Assembly: GCF_009557235.1 (NCBI RefSeq)
Contig: NZ_CP045650.1
Location: forward strand, 1,950,001 to 1,982,000
Direction: 5' to 3'
Length of the DNA stretch: 32,000 nucleotides
Origin: Acinetobacter wanghuae
Lineage (GTDB): Bacteria; Pseudomonadota; Gammaproteobacteria; Pseudomonadales; Moraxellaceae
Part shown: in pieces, positions 1-10,095 of the stretch
Layout of the letters: each line of letters begins with the position of its first letter
Position numbering within the stretch: position 1 is the stretch's first letter
The notes under the pieces: generated by a model
Databases searched by the model: none
What the model was told of the DNA's origin: nothing
What the model saw: only the letters and a program-made list of their open reading frames with translations
Translations under genes and position numbers: made by a program

Positions 1-18
1 TTAATTAAGGAGATCGTG

Positions 19-1401
19 ATGAACGCGGTTAATGCTTCATTTACAGATTATAAAGTTGCCGACATCAATCTAGCTGACTACGGCCGTAAAGAAATCAAAC
101 TTGCTGAAGCAGAAATGCCAGCCCTCATGGGTCTGCGTAAACGCTATTCAGCTGCAAAACCACTTGCAGGCGCGAAAATTCTCGGCTGTATCCACATGAC
201 CATTCAAACTGCTGTTTTGATTGAAACATTAGTTGAACTGGGTGCAGAAGTTCGTTGGACGTCTTGTAATATCTTCTCTACTCAAGACCATGCTGCTGCG
301 GCAATTGCGGCTTCTGGTATTCCAGTTTTTGCTTGGAAAGGCGAAACAGAAGAAGAATACATGTGGTGTCTTGAACAACAAATCAATGTAAACGGCACAC
401 CTTGGGATGCCAACATGATTCTGGATGATGGCGGTGATTTAACTGCTGTTGTTCATGAAAAATATCCAGAACTGATTGCTAAAATTCACGGGATTACTGA
501 AGAAACCACAACAGGCGTACAACGTCTTTTAGAAATGTGGAAAGACGGTTCACTCAAAGTGCCTGCAATTAACGTGAATGATTCAGTGACCAAATCTAAA
601 AACGACAACAAATACGGTTGCCGTCACTCACTGAATGATGCGATCAAACGCGGTACAGACATGCTGTTATCAGGTCGTCGTGCACTTGTGATTGGTTATG
701 GTGACGTCGGTAAAGGTTCTGCTCAATCACTTCGTCAAGAAGGCATGATTGTTCGCGTGACTGAAATCGATCCAATCTGTGCAATGCAAGCCTGCATGGA
801 TGGTTACGAAGTCGTATCTCCATACAAAAATGGTGTTCAAACTGGCAAAAAAGAAGACGTAAATGTTGAGCTTCTTCAAAATACAGATTTACTTGTAACA
901 ACAACAGGTAACTACCATGTTTGTGACTCAGCGATGCTTGATACATTAAAAGCAGGTGCTGTTGTTTGTAACATCGGTCACTTCGACACTGAAATTGACA
1001 CCAACTATTTACGTGGTTACAAATGGGTTGAAGTTAAACCTCAAGTTCACCAAGTATATCGTTCAGAAAATGACAGCGATTACCTGATTCTTCTTTCTGA
1101 AGGTCGTTTGGTGAACCTTGGTAATGCAACAGGTCACCCATCACGCGTGATGGATGGTTCTTTTGCAAACCAAGTCTTGGGTCAAATGCACTTGTTCGCC
1201 GAGAAGTTTGCTGATCTTCCTGAAGATCAGAAACAAGCAGCAATTCGTGTTGAACTACTTCCTAAGAAATTAGACGAAGAAGTGGCTGCTGCAATGGTTG
1301 CAGGTTTCGGTGGTGTTCTGACTCAATTGACCCAAGAACAAGCTGACTACCTTGGTGTGAAAGTGGAAGGTCCGTTTAAATCGGATGCTTATAAATACTA
1401 A
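19..1401 (+). CDS. ahcY: Adenosylhomocysteinase (S-adenosyl-L-homocysteine hydrolase)
   Basis: Long ORF with full-length AhcY-family character, including the NAD-binding IGYGDVGKG motif and the C-terminal SDAYKY. The AAGGAG Shine-Dalgarno at 8-13 favours the ATG at 19 over the in-frame GTG at 16 used by the ORF track. Confidence 0.95.
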   Translation: MNAVNASFTDYKVADINLADYGRKEIKLAEAEMPALMGLRKRYSAAKPLAGAKILGCIHMTIQTAVLIETLVELGAEVRWTSCNIFSTQDHAAAAIAASGIPVFAWKGETEEEYMWCLEQQINVNGTPWDANMILDDGGDLTAVVHEKYPELIAKIHGITEETTTGVQRLLEMWKDGSLKVPAINVNDSVTKSKNDNKYGCRHSLNDAIKRGTDMLLSGRRALVIGYGDVGKGSAQSLRQEGMIVRVTEIDPICAMQACMDGYEVVSPYKNGVQTGKKEDVNVELLQNTDLLVTTTGNYHVCDSAMLDTLKAGAVVCNIGHFDTEIDTNYLRGYKWVEVKPQVHQVYRSENDSDYLILLSEGRLVNLGNATGHPSRVMDGSFANQVLGQMHLFAEKFADLPEDQKQAAIRVELLPKKLDEEVAAAMVAGFGGVLTQLTQEQADYLGVKVEGPFKSDAYKY

Positions 1402-1416
1402 GTTTTTCGATTTTCA

Positions 1417-1548
1417 CCTCTCCCCAACCCTCTCCTACAAGGAGAGGGAGACTTCCATTGTGAAATACAGTTACAGATTTAATCCTCAATATCTCTAGCT
1501 AACACAATGGATATCCCTTCTCCCTCTGGGAGAAGGTTAGGAAGAGGG
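1417..1548. repeat. Inverted pair of REP-like hairpin elements (BIME-like doublet) in the ahcY-metF spacer
   Basis: Element A spans 1417-1450 (CCTCTCCCCAACCCTCTCC tacaa GGAGAGGGAG). Element B spans 1515-1548 (CCTTCTCC ctctg GGAGAAGG TTAGGAAGAGGG). The reverse complement of A aligns with B: an 8-bp stem, a 5-nt loop, and a GGTTnGGnAGAGG tail. The outer 19-mers form an imperfect inverted repeat (16/19). Confidence 0.5.
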
Positions 1549-1589
1549 TAATCCATAAAATAAAAGTATTTATAAAACAGGATTTAAAC

Positions 1590-2426
1590 ATGTCAAAACG
1601 TATTCCAATCTCATTTGAGTTCTTCCCAACTAAAACTGATGTTGGTGCAGAAAAACTCATTACAGTTCATCAAGAACTACAATTATTAAACCCTGAATTC
1701 TTTTCTGTAACTTATGGCGCAGGTGGTTCGACACGTGAACGCACATTGTCTACGCTTGCAGATTTCAATGGCAAAGGAACACCTGTTGCCCCTCACCTGT
1801 CTTGTATTGGCGACAGCAAAGCACGTATTGCTGAACTTTTAGACCTGTATAAATCACAAGGGATTAATCGTATCGTTGCACTACGTGGTGATTTACCTTC
1901 AGGTCAGGTGGGTCTTGGCGAACTACCTTATGCAACCGACTTAGTTCGATTTATTCGTGAACATTCAGGTGATCATTTCCATATTGAAGTGGCGGCTTAT
2001 CCTGAAATGCATCCGCAAGCAGAAAACTTTGATCTCGACATCAAACGTTTCTGTGACAAAGCCAATGCAGGCGCGAATGCAGCACTTACACAGTTCTTCT
2101 TTAATCCAGATGCCTACTTCTACTTTGTTGATCGTTTGCAAAAAGAAGGGGTTCATATTCCTGTTGCACCGGGTATTATGCCAATTACCAATGCCAGCAA
2201 TTTAATTCGCTTTGCAGATGGTACAGGTGCTGAAGTGCCACGTTGGATTCGTAAACAATTGGCAACTTATGGCGATGATACGGCTTCAATTAAAGCTTTT
2301 GGTCATGAAGTGATCATTAAACTGTGTGAACGTCTCATTGCAGGTGGTGCACCGAGCTTGCATTTCTATACAATGAACACCACTGATCCAACACGTCAGC
2401 TTGTGCTTGATCTTGGTTTAGCATAA
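1590..2426 (+). CDS. metF: 5,10-methylenetetrahydrofolate reductase
   Basis: 278-aa ORF with MetF-family sequence throughout (SFEFFPTKT, SVTYGAGGSTRERT, HFYTMN). It lies downstream of ahcY, a common methyl-cycle pairing. Confidence 0.93.
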   Translation: MSKRIPISFEFFPTKTDVGAEKLITVHQELQLLNPEFFSVTYGAGGSTRERTLSTLADFNGKGTPVAPHLSCIGDSKARIAELLDLYKSQGINRIVALRGDLPSGQVGLGELPYATDLVRFIREHSGDHFHIEVAAYPEMHPQAENFDLDIKRFCDKANAGANAALTQFFFNPDAYFYFVDRLQKEGVHIPVAPGIMPITNASNLIRFADGTGAEVPRWIRKQLATYGDDTASIKAFGHEVIIKLCERLIAGGAPSLHFYTMNTTDPTRQLVLDLGLA

Positions 2427-2459
2427 GCCAGTAAACGCCTATTTGAGAGTAAGATTTTA

Positions 2460-3170
2460 ATGCCACGTTTTTATATAGAAACTGATTTAGCAGTCGATAG
2501 CACTGTTGAACTGACTGAAACAGTTTTTCATCACTGGGTTAAAGTATTACGTGCTCAAGTGGGCGAAAAAGCGACCTTATTTAATGGTCAAGGTGGCGAA
2601 TTTGAAGCAGAACTGATCGAAGTTGCTAAAAAATCAGCCGCCGTTCAGATTAATCATTTTAATCCTGCCAATCGCACGCCTAAATTTACAGCCTTACTCG
2701 GACAAGTGATGAGTAAAGGTGATCGCATGGATTATGCGATTCAAAAAGCAGTTGAACTCGGTGTTTCTGAGATACAACTGCTGACGTCTGAACGCTGCGA
2801 AATGCGTCTTAAATATGACCGCGATCAGAAGAAACTCGATCATTGGCAAGGTATTGCCATTGCTGCCTGCGAACAATGTGGTTTAAACATCGTGCCTAAT
2901 ATCCTCCCCCCTGTTTCATTGGAAAAATGGTTAGCAACGGAACTGCCTACGACGAAATTAGTGCTCGCACCGAATAAAGATGAAGTGGATGTTCTTACAG
3001 ATGCCAGTTCTGAATTGGCACTGCTCATTGGCCCTGAAGGTGGTTTAAGCGAAGATGAGATTGCATCGGCAAATGCGCAAGGTTTCCAAAACTGGTGTAT
3101 TGGTGAACGTGTGCTTCGAACGGAAACAGCACCCGTGGTTGCCCTATCGATTTTAAATTATAAATTTTAA
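2460..3170 (+). CDS. rsmE: 16S rRNA (uracil1498-N3)-methyltransferase
   Basis: 236-aa ORF with an RsmE/DUF558 signature (GQVMSKGDRMDYAIQKAVELGV, IAIAACEQCG, LLIGPEGGLS, RVLRTETA). It starts 33 nt after metF with no terminator in between. Confidence 0.9.
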   Translation: MPRFYIETDLAVDSTVELTETVFHHWVKVLRAQVGEKATLFNGQGGEFEAELIEVAKKSAAVQINHFNPANRTPKFTALLGQVMSKGDRMDYAIQKAVELGVSEIQLLTSERCEMRLKYDRDQKKLDHWQGIAIAACEQCGLNIVPNILPPVSLEKWLATELPTTKLVLAPNKDEVDVLTDASSELALLIGPEGGLSEDEIASANAQGFQNWCIGERVLRTETAPVVALSILNYKF

Positions 3171-3351
3171 CGTTTAAAATCACATAAAATTTTCTTGCAG
3201 TTTTGGTTGATTTTTATACTTAAGCAATTTAGTCTTAAGTGAATAAAAATTAATGAATATTTTTTAGATGATGTGCTTGTATAGGGACATAAAAAACAAC
3301 AATGCAGCATAAGACTATATCCGTCTAGGAAGCAGATAAGGCACTAAATAC

Positions 3352-6225
3352 ATGGTTCATCACCAAAAAGACTATATACAGCAGCACCTCAACAGTGCGC
3401 AAATTACCAATACGCTTCGCCATAGTCGATACTTTTTAATCAGTATTTTGATTATTTGCTTATATATCTTTTGCGTTTATTTATTGCATTACCAGCCAAC
3501 TGAACTTTACTTTAATGTTTGGTTTGTAGGTACTGAAATTATGGTGAGCCTCTGTTGGCTCATCAACACCTTATATTTTAAGCCCGGACAATATCATTTA
3601 CGCACCGCCCATCGTTGGCTCAACACACAATGCCTGCTGATTGGGGCATGTATCGCCATTGGCATTTATACCATTTATATCTATTTACCAAGTGTGAATG
3701 CACAGTTTACAGCCATTCAAGCACTGACGCTTTCTGCGCTGCTACTGATTGTAACCCAAGCCTTTGGTCTGACTTTTTTAACCCAAAAACCCAGTTACTT
3801 CTGCTTAGTCTTTTTGCCTTGTTTAATTCCGTTCTTCTTCTCACAAATATTTGAAAACAACGATAATCTCTTTCTTGGTTTATCGCTCAATTTTGCGGTA
3901 CTCGTGATTTTATTTTGTGCCTCAAGTAGTTATCGCATTCATAAACGTACTTCTCGCCTATATGCAGAAAATAGTTTATTGGTTTCTGATGCCAAACAGC
4001 AAGTGGCATGGACAGATGAGCTCTGCCAACAATTGCAACAAGAAGTCAATAAATCGAAAGATATTGAAATGCAATTGCAGCTGAACAATCAATTGTTGGA
4101 ACAGAAAGTACGTGAACGTACCTATGATATTCATCAAATGAATCATGACTTACAGAATCAGAATCAAAACTTAGAATTGGCACATGAAATTGCGGGAATT
4201 CGGCCTTGGGATTGGAATATTAAAGATCGTGTGATTACCCTTACCAATCATATGCACGAAAAAGTCTCTCGCGATTCTAAAGATCATCATGCACAGCTGC
4301 ATGACATTATTCATCCTGATGACGTCGATTACTTTAAAAGTAATATGAAACAACATTTACGTGGTCAGGCGGAACGTTACGAAGCAACCTATCGCATTCA
4401 ACAAACTAAAGGCGTTTGGAGTTGGGTGCATGACATTGGACGCGTCATCAGTCGCGATCCAAAGACCAATAAACCCTTACGTATGGTCGGCATTCGTCGT
4501 GATATTCAAAATGAACGCACATCTCAGGAACGTTTAAAACTTGCAGCCAGTGTGCTTGAACAAGCTGCTGAAGGTATTTTCATCTTAAACGAAGACTTAC
4601 TGTATATCGATACCAATCCTTTCTTTGAACAGTTGTCTGGTTTTGAGCGCGAGCAAATCATTGGCAAGCATTTATTTGACATCACTGCCAATTATAAATC
4701 TCAACAACGCAGTACGCATTCCAACATCATCAAACAGGTCATGAAAATTGGCTCATTCGATGGTGAAATTAATGAGAAGTTCTTGTCAGGCAAAGAAATG
4801 GCATTATGGCTACACATTAATGCCATTACCGATGATGAAGGACGCGTTACCCATTATATTGGGATTGTTTCGGATTTAACTGAACGCAAGCATCAAGAAC
4901 AACGTCTGTCTTATTTAGAAAATTACGACACACTGACGGATTTGCCGAATCGTTTTTACTACAACTATCAGTTACATCAGTATTTAGTGACGCAAAAAGA
5001 TTCGATTAAGCAGATGGCTGTGATTCGGATCAATATTGATCGCTTCCGCCCACTGAATGAATATTTAAGTCATAACGGTGGTGACGAGTTATTGCGTCAA
5101 GTGGCACAAAGACTACGTATTACCAATGCTGAAGCACTGTTTGTCGCTCATCTTAATGGCGATGATTTTGCGATTTTGTATGAAATCTCTCATATTCGCC
5201 CATCGGTGCAAGAACATTGTGATCGCATCAGTAAAGCCTTTTCTCAACCGTTTAATGTGTTGGGACAAGATTATGTCATCACCTTATCGATGGGGATCGC
5301 GTTCTATCCTGATCACGGTCGTCAGTTGGATTATTTAAATAACTGTGCCGAACAAGCGTTGGCTGAAGCAAAAGCCTTAGGCGGCAACACCATTCGCTTC
5401 TATTCTAGTGAAAATACTGCCCTACTTGAGCAAGGGATTTTCATTGAACGTGATTTGCGTAAAGCCATTAAAAATAATGAATTAGTGGTGTATTACCAAC
5501 CAAAGATTCATATTACGAATCAACATATTTATGGGTTTGAAGCCTTAGTGCGCTGGCAACATCCTGAAAAAGGCATTATTCCACCGGGCATGTTTATTCC
5601 CCTTGCCGAGCAAACCAGTCTCATTTCTGAAATTGGTCGTTTGGTCATTCGTGAAACAGCCAAACAGATTCGGCAATGGAACGATGAAGGCTTCCGTGAT
5701 ATTTGTGTCTCGGTCAACATTGTGGCGCAGCAGTTACGTCGCGGACAACTATTAGATGACTTAGATCAAGCCATTGAATCGACAGGAATTTCAGGTAAAA
5801 GCCTTGAGCTTGAAATTACTGAATCATCATTGGTTGAGAATTCAGATTCCGTGATGAATTTGCTCAATGAGATTAAAGAGCGGCATATTAATATTTCACT
5901 CGATGACTTTGGCACAGGCTATTCATCACTTTCTTATCTTGCTGACTTCCCGATTGATATTTTAAAAATTGACCGTAGCTTCGTTTCTAAGATTGGTGAT
6001 AAAAAACAGGAAGCCATTGTAAGTGCGATGGTTGCCATGGGTAAAGCCATGGGCATGACCGTCGTCGCTGAAGGCATTGAGACCGTGGAGCAACTTGAAT
6101 ATTTACGTGAATTAAAATGTGATATTGCACAAGGCTTCCTATTTTCAAAACCCTTGCCTATTAAAGAAGCCAGTGAATATCTCGCACAAACGAAACTTAA
6201 TTTAAGTTATAGCTATCAAGTCTAA
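3352..6225 (+). CDS. Membrane-anchored signalling protein: multi-TM N-terminus, coiled coil, two PAS-like regions, a degenerate GGDEF domain (NGDDF) and an intact EAL domain; predicted c-di-GMP phosphodiesterase
   Basis: 957-aa ORF. The first ~200 aa are hydrophobic. DLPNRF and GGDELL motifs are present, and the GG(D/E)EF position reads NGDDF (5155-5169). EAL-domain motifs are present: EALVRW (5539-5547), ELEITE, DDFGTGYSS, KIDRSF, EGIET, QGF. Confidence 0.9.
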   Translation: MVHHQKDYIQQHLNSAQITNTLRHSRYFLISILIICLYIFCVYLLHYQPTELYFNVWFVGTEIMVSLCWLINTLYFKPGQYHLRTAHRWLNTQCLLIGACIAIGIYTIYIYLPSVNAQFTAIQALTLSALLLIVTQAFGLTFLTQKPSYFCLVFLPCLIPFFFSQIFENNDNLFLGLSLNFAVLVILFCASSSYRIHKRTSRLYAENSLLVSDAKQQVAWTDELCQQLQQEVNKSKDIEMQLQLNNQLLEQKVRERTYDIHQMNHDLQNQNQNLELAHEIAGIRPWDWNIKDRVITLTNHMHEKVSRDSKDHHAQLHDIIHPDDVDYFKSNMKQHLRGQAERYEATYRIQQTKGVWSWVHDIGRVISRDPKTNKPLRMVGIRRDIQNERTSQERLKLAASVLEQAAEGIFILNEDLLYIDTNPFFEQLSGFEREQIIGKHLFDITANYKSQQRSTHSNIIKQVMKIGSFDGEINEKFLSGKEMALWLHINAITDDEGRVTHYIGIVSDLTERKHQEQRLSYLENYDTLTDLPNRFYYNYQLHQYLVTQKDSIKQMAVIRINIDRFRPLNEYLSHNGGDELLRQVAQRLRITNAEALFVAHLNGDDFAILYEISHIRPSVQEHCDRISKAFSQPFNVLGQDYVITLSMGIAFYPDHGRQLDYLNNCAEQALAEAKALGGNTIRFYSSENTALLEQGIFIERDLRKAIKNNELVVYYQPKIHITNQHIYGFEALVRWQHPEKGIIPPGMFIPLAEQTSLISEIGRLVIRETAKQIRQWNDEGFRDICVSVNIVAQQLRRGQLLDDLDQAIESTGISGKSLELEITESSLVENSDSVMNLLNEIKERHINISLDDFGTGYSSLSYLADFPIDILKIDRSFVSKIGDKKQEAIVSAMVAMGKAMGMTVVAEGIETVEQLEYLRELKCDIAQGFLFSKPLPIKEASEYLAQTKLNLSYSYQV

Positions 6226-6244
6226 CTTAATCGGTGAAATTACT

Positions 6245-6271
6245 AAGGTTGTTTGAAAAACAGCCTTTTTT
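6245..6271 (+). terminator. Rho-independent terminator after the GGDEF-EAL gene
   Basis: AAGGTTGTTT gaa AAACAGCCTT forms a 10-bp stem (one G-U pair) followed by a T-run, about 20 nt after the stop codon. Confidence 0.6.
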
Positions 6272-6367
6272 AACTGTGATAAACAACAAACAAATGGTAT
6301 ATTCAAGGACATAAATTAAACTTTATTACCCCGCCGGGGGGTAATCATTGCAACGATCGAGAGACAG

Positions 6368-8647
6368 ATGGACGAACAATCTTTAAAGCAACAGGCACTG
6401 TATTATCACGAATTTCCAACTCCCGGAAAAATTAGCGTTACACCAAGTAAACAACTGGTCAACCAACGTGACTTAGCCCTTGCTTATTCTCCTGGCGTTG
6501 CTGCACCGTGTCTTGAAATCGAGCGCGATCCGTCTACAGCTGCTTTATATACTGCACGCGGCAACTTGGTTGCTGTTATTACCAACGGTACAGCTGTATT
6601 GGGTTTAGGCAATATCGGGCCACTTGCATCAAAACCTGTCATGGAAGGTAAAGGTGTACTATTTAAAAAATTTGCAGGCGTTGACGTTTTTGACATCGAA
6701 ATTGATGAAAATGATCCAGACAAAATTGTCGATATCGTTGCTTCATTAGAACCTACTTTCGGTGGGATTAACCTTGAAGATATCAAGGCACCAGAATGCT
6801 TCTATATTGAGCAAAAACTTCGTGAACGCATGAATATTCCTGTATTCCACGATGATCAACACGGTACTTCCATTATTGTTGGTTCAGCATTGCTCAATGC
6901 TTTGCAACTTAACGGCAAAAAAATTGATGAAATCAAAATTGTCGCTTCAGGTGCAGGTGCTGCTGCACTGTCTTGTTTGAATCTGCTTTGTGCCTTAGGT
7001 GCGAAAAAAGAAAACATTACGGTTGCCGATTCACGTGGCTTGCTCACAACAAAACGTGAAGGCTTAGATGAATCTAAGAAAGCCTATGTACAAGACATCG
7101 AAGGTACGCAGTTAAGCGATGTTATGTCTGGTGCGGATATGTTCTTAGGTCTGTCTGCTGCAGGTATCTTGACCCAAGATATGGTGAAGCAAATGGCAAA
7201 AGATCCAATTATCTTTGCCCTAGCCAACCCAGATCCAGAAATTCTACCTGAACACGCACATGAAGCGCGTTCTGATATCATTATGGCAACAGGTCGCTCG
7301 GATTATCCAAACCAAGTGAACAACGCGCTCTGTTTCCCGTACATCTTCCGTGGCGCGCTTGATGTTGGCGCAACAACGATTAACGAAGAAATGAAAATCG
7401 CGTGTGTACATGCGATTGCACGTATGGCACATGTTGAAGCAGATGCATCTACTTATGGCGAAAAATCAGCTTCATTTGGTCGTGAATACCTGATTCCAGG
7501 TCCACTCGATCAACGTTTGATTCTTGAAATCGCACCTGCTGTTGCACAAGCAGCGATGGATTCTGGTGTTGCAACACGCCCAATCAAAGATTTCTCACAC
7601 TATCGTCAACGTTTGTCTGAGTTTGTCTATAACTCTGCATTCATGATGAAACCAATCTTTGAGCAAGCGAAATCAAATCCTAAGCGCATTGCTTATGCGG
7701 AAGGTGAAGATTTACGCGTACTTCGTGGCGTGCAAATCGCGGTGGATGAAGGCTTAGCACAACCCATCCTTGTTGGTCGTCCTGCGATCATTGAAGCGAA
7801 TATCAAGAAATTAGGTTTACGTCTTGAAGATGGTGTCAATGTCACTATTGTCGATCAAGAAAAAAATCCAAATTACGAATTATTCGCAGATGATTACTAC
7901 AGCATCATGCAACGTAAAGGGGTTACACCTGAGTATGCACAACGTGAAACACGTCGTCGTTCAACGTTAATTGCTGCCATGTTAGTGAAACATGGTTTGG
8001 CTGACGGTATGCTATGTGGTACTTATTCAAGCTACGATATTCATTTAGATTTCGTACGTAATATTATTGGCTTGAAAGAAGGTCGTAATAACTTCTTCAC
8101 ACTTAATGCATTAATGCTTGAAGATCGTAACTTATTCATTGCAGATACGTATATCAACCGCAACCCAACCGCTGAACAGCTTGCTGAAATGACCATTTTG
8201 GCTGCTGAAGAAGTGCGTCGTTTTGGTATGACACCACGTATTGCTCTTCTTTCTCATTCAAGCTTCGGTTCTGATCAAGATGATGCTAGCGCGAAGAAAA
8301 TGCGCCAAGTGTATGACATCTTGTCTGAAATTGCGCCTGAACTTGAAGTTGAAGGTGAAATGCACGGTGATGCAGCATTGGATGAAAATATTCGCCAATT
8401 TGCATTCCCGAACTCACGCTTTAAAGGTGCGGCAAACTTATTAATTATGCCAAATCTGGATGCAGCGAATATTTCATTCAACTTGTTAAAAGCAACGTCG
8501 GGTAATAATGTAACGATTGGTCCAATCTTACTTGGTGCTGCAAAACCTGTACATATTCTCACCCCGACAGCAACAACACGTCGTGTCGTAAATATGACAG
8601 CGTTAACAGTCGCTGAAATTCAGCAAGCTGAGCAAGACGCACTTTAA
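6368..8647 (+). CDS. maeB: NADP-dependent malic enzyme (malic enzyme domain fused to a PTA-like domain)
   Basis: 759-aa ORF that is collinear with E. coli MaeB as I recall it ([40 protein letters not shown], a C-terminal phosphate-acetyltransferase-like half). Confidence 0.93.
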   Translation: MDEQSLKQQALYYHEFPTPGKISVTPSKQLVNQRDLALAYSPGVAAPCLEIERDPSTAALYTARGNLVAVITNGTAVLGLGNIGPLASKPVMEGKGVLFKKFAGVDVFDIEIDENDPDKIVDIVASLEPTFGGINLEDIKAPECFYIEQKLRERMNIPVFHDDQHGTSIIVGSALLNALQLNGKKIDEIKIVASGAGAAALSCLNLLCALGAKKENITVADSRGLLTTKREGLDESKKAYVQDIEGTQLSDVMSGADMFLGLSAAGILTQDMVKQMAKDPIIFALANPDPEILPEHAHEARSDIIMATGRSDYPNQVNNALCFPYIFRGALDVGATTINEEMKIACVHAIARMAHVEADASTYGEKSASFGREYLIPGPLDQRLILEIAPAVAQAAMDSGVATRPIKDFSHYRQRLSEFVYNSAFMMKPIFEQAKSNPKRIAYAEGEDLRVLRGVQIAVDEGLAQPILVGRPAIIEANIKKLGLRLEDGVNVTIVDQEKNPNYELFADDYYSIMQRKGVTPEYAQRETRRRSTLIAAMLVKHGLADGMLCGTYSSYDIHLDFVRNIIGLKEGRNNFFTLNALMLEDRNLFIADTYINRNPTAEQLAEMTILAAEEVRRFGMTPRIALLSHSSFGSDQDDASAKKMRQVYDILSEIAPELEVEGEMHGDAALDENIRQFAFPNSRFKGAANLLIMPNLDAANISFNLLKATSGNNVTIGPILLGAAKPVHILTPTATTRRVVNMTALTVAEIQQAEQDAL

Positions 8648-8682
8648 GAAAACGACGCGAAAGCCACGTTTCTTGACTTGAG

Positions 8683-8729
8683 AAAACCTCTATTCTGTAG
8701 CATGATGCTTCTAAGAATAGAGGTTTTTT
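8683..8729 (+). terminator. Strong rho-independent terminator after maeB, directly abutting the cca start codon
   Basis: AAAACCTCTATTCT (8683-8696) pairs with AGAATAGAGGTTTT (8714-8727), giving up to 14 bp with a 17-nt loop. The T6 run ends at 8729, and the cca ATG is at 8731. Confidence 0.65.
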
Positions 8730-8730
8730 C

Positions 8731-9963
8731 ATGCAAGTTTATTTAGTAGGCGGTGCAGTTCGGGATCACTTGCTCGGACACCCCTATCACGAAAAAGATT
8801 ATGTCGTTGTCGGTGCAACACCCGACCAATTACTTTCCGCGGGTTATCAACCTGTTGGGAAAGATTTTCCTGTGTTTTTACATCCCGAAACAAAAGAAGA
8901 ATATGCACTTGCACGCACGGAACGTAAATCTGGCACGGGCTATCATGGCTTTGCCTTTTATACAGACGTCAGTGTCACCCTAGAAGAAGATCTTATTCGT
9001 CGTGATTTAACCATTAATGCCATGGCGATGGATGATGATGGAAATATCTACGATCCCTACGGCGGTCAAGCCGATTTAAAGCAACGTTTATTACGTCACG
9101 TTTCCGAGGCCTTTGTCGAAGATCCATTACGTGTACTGCGTATTGCGCGTTTTGCTGCACGTTATCATCGTTTAGATTTTAAAGTTGCGCCTGAAACCCT
9201 AAGCTTAATGCAAACATTGTCTGAATCTGGTGAATTGAATGCGCTGACACCTGAACGTGTCTGGAAAGAAACCTCCCGCGCACTGATGGAACGTGATGCA
9301 GATGTCTACTTTGAAGTATTACGTTCTTGCGGTGCTTTAAAGGTTTTATTCCCTGAAATCGATGCGCTATTTGGAATTCCACAGCGCCCTGAATATCATC
9401 CAGAAATTGACTGTGGTATTCACACCCTAATGTCCTTACAGCAGGCATGTCGTCAAAATTACAGCTTAGATGTGCGTTTTGCCGTATTAGTACACGACTT
9501 AGGTAAAGCCCTAACACCACAGGATGAATGGCCACGTCATATCATGCATGAAGAACGTGGCGTCAAACCCGTCACTGAAGTATGTGATCGTTTGAAAGTG
9601 CCAACAAATACCAAGCAACTCGCTATTGCGGTATGTAAAGAACATTTAAAATGTCATCAAGCATTGAATTTAAAGCCCGGCACACTATGGCGTCTCTTAC
9701 AACGTTTAGATGTATTACGTCGTCCTGAACGAGTAGAAGCCTTTATTCAAGCCTGTGAATGTGACTCTCGTGGTCGTTTAGGTTTAGAAAATCGGGATTA
9801 TGCTCAAGCACAATATGTTCGTGAAGCCATGGAATTGGTGCGTAATATTAAAGCACAAGACCTACCACCCGAGGTCAAAGGTGCGGACATTGGTGAAATG
9901 CTGATTGAACGTCGGATTCATGCTTTGGCAGAACTCAAAGAACAGCATAGTGCAGTTATCTAA
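8731..9963 (+). CDS. cca: Multifunctional CCA-adding tRNA nucleotidyltransferase with an HD domain
   Basis: 410-aa ORF starting MQVYLVGGAVRD, with EYALARTERK and an HD-domain region (VLVHDLGK). Confidence 0.93.
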   Translation: MQVYLVGGAVRDHLLGHPYHEKDYVVVGATPDQLLSAGYQPVGKDFPVFLHPETKEEYALARTERKSGTGYHGFAFYTDVSVTLEEDLIRRDLTINAMAMDDDGNIYDPYGGQADLKQRLLRHVSEAFVEDPLRVLRIARFAARYHRLDFKVAPETLSLMQTLSESGELNALTPERVWKETSRALMERDADVYFEVLRSCGALKVLFPEIDALFGIPQRPEYHPEIDCGIHTLMSLQQACRQNYSLDVRFAVLVHDLGKALTPQDEWPRHIMHEERGVKPVTEVCDRLKVPTNTKQLAIAVCKEHLKCHQALNLKPGTLWRLLQRLDVLRRPERVEAFIQACECDSRGRLGLENRDYAQAQYVREAMELVRNIKAQDLPPEVKGADIGEMLIERRIHALAELKEQHSAVI

Positions 9964-9966
9964 AAC

Positions 9967-9987
9967 AGCGCCTCAGGGCGCTTTTTT
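9967..9987 (+). terminator. Rho-independent terminator after cca
   Basis: AGCGCC tcag GGCGCT stem followed by T6, 4 nt after the stop codon. Confidence 0.65.
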
Positions 9988-10095
9988 ATGACAAATGAAT
10001 ATCGCTAAAATTCTGTTATCGATATGATTTTATTTGCATAAAGACATGTGAAAGTTGCTTTATGCTTGTATCATTTCCTCTAAATATTCCCTGTT

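Noticed and set aside
644-946. Antisense or out-of-frame ORFs nested inside long genes (for example 644-946 -, 1957-2205 +, 6484-6786 -, 8275-8562 -, 9179-9535 -, 10814-11110 +, 11730-12044 +, 15420-15746 +, 23937-24269 +, 25558-25854 -, 26074-26349 +)
   Set aside because: All lie wholly within much longer ORFs that have clear family signatures. Their composition is skewed and low-complexity (rich in Ser, Cys, His), they lack an SD, and they are typical shadow ORFs.
1402-1589. SAH riboswitch in the ahcY-metF spacer (SAH riboswitches commonly control ahcY and metF in proteobacteria)
   Set aside because: The spacer is explained by two REP-like hairpins. I could not find the conserved SAH-element pseudoknot and core sequences. 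Any element upstream of ahcY would lie outside the window. An Infernal/Rfam scan would settle it.
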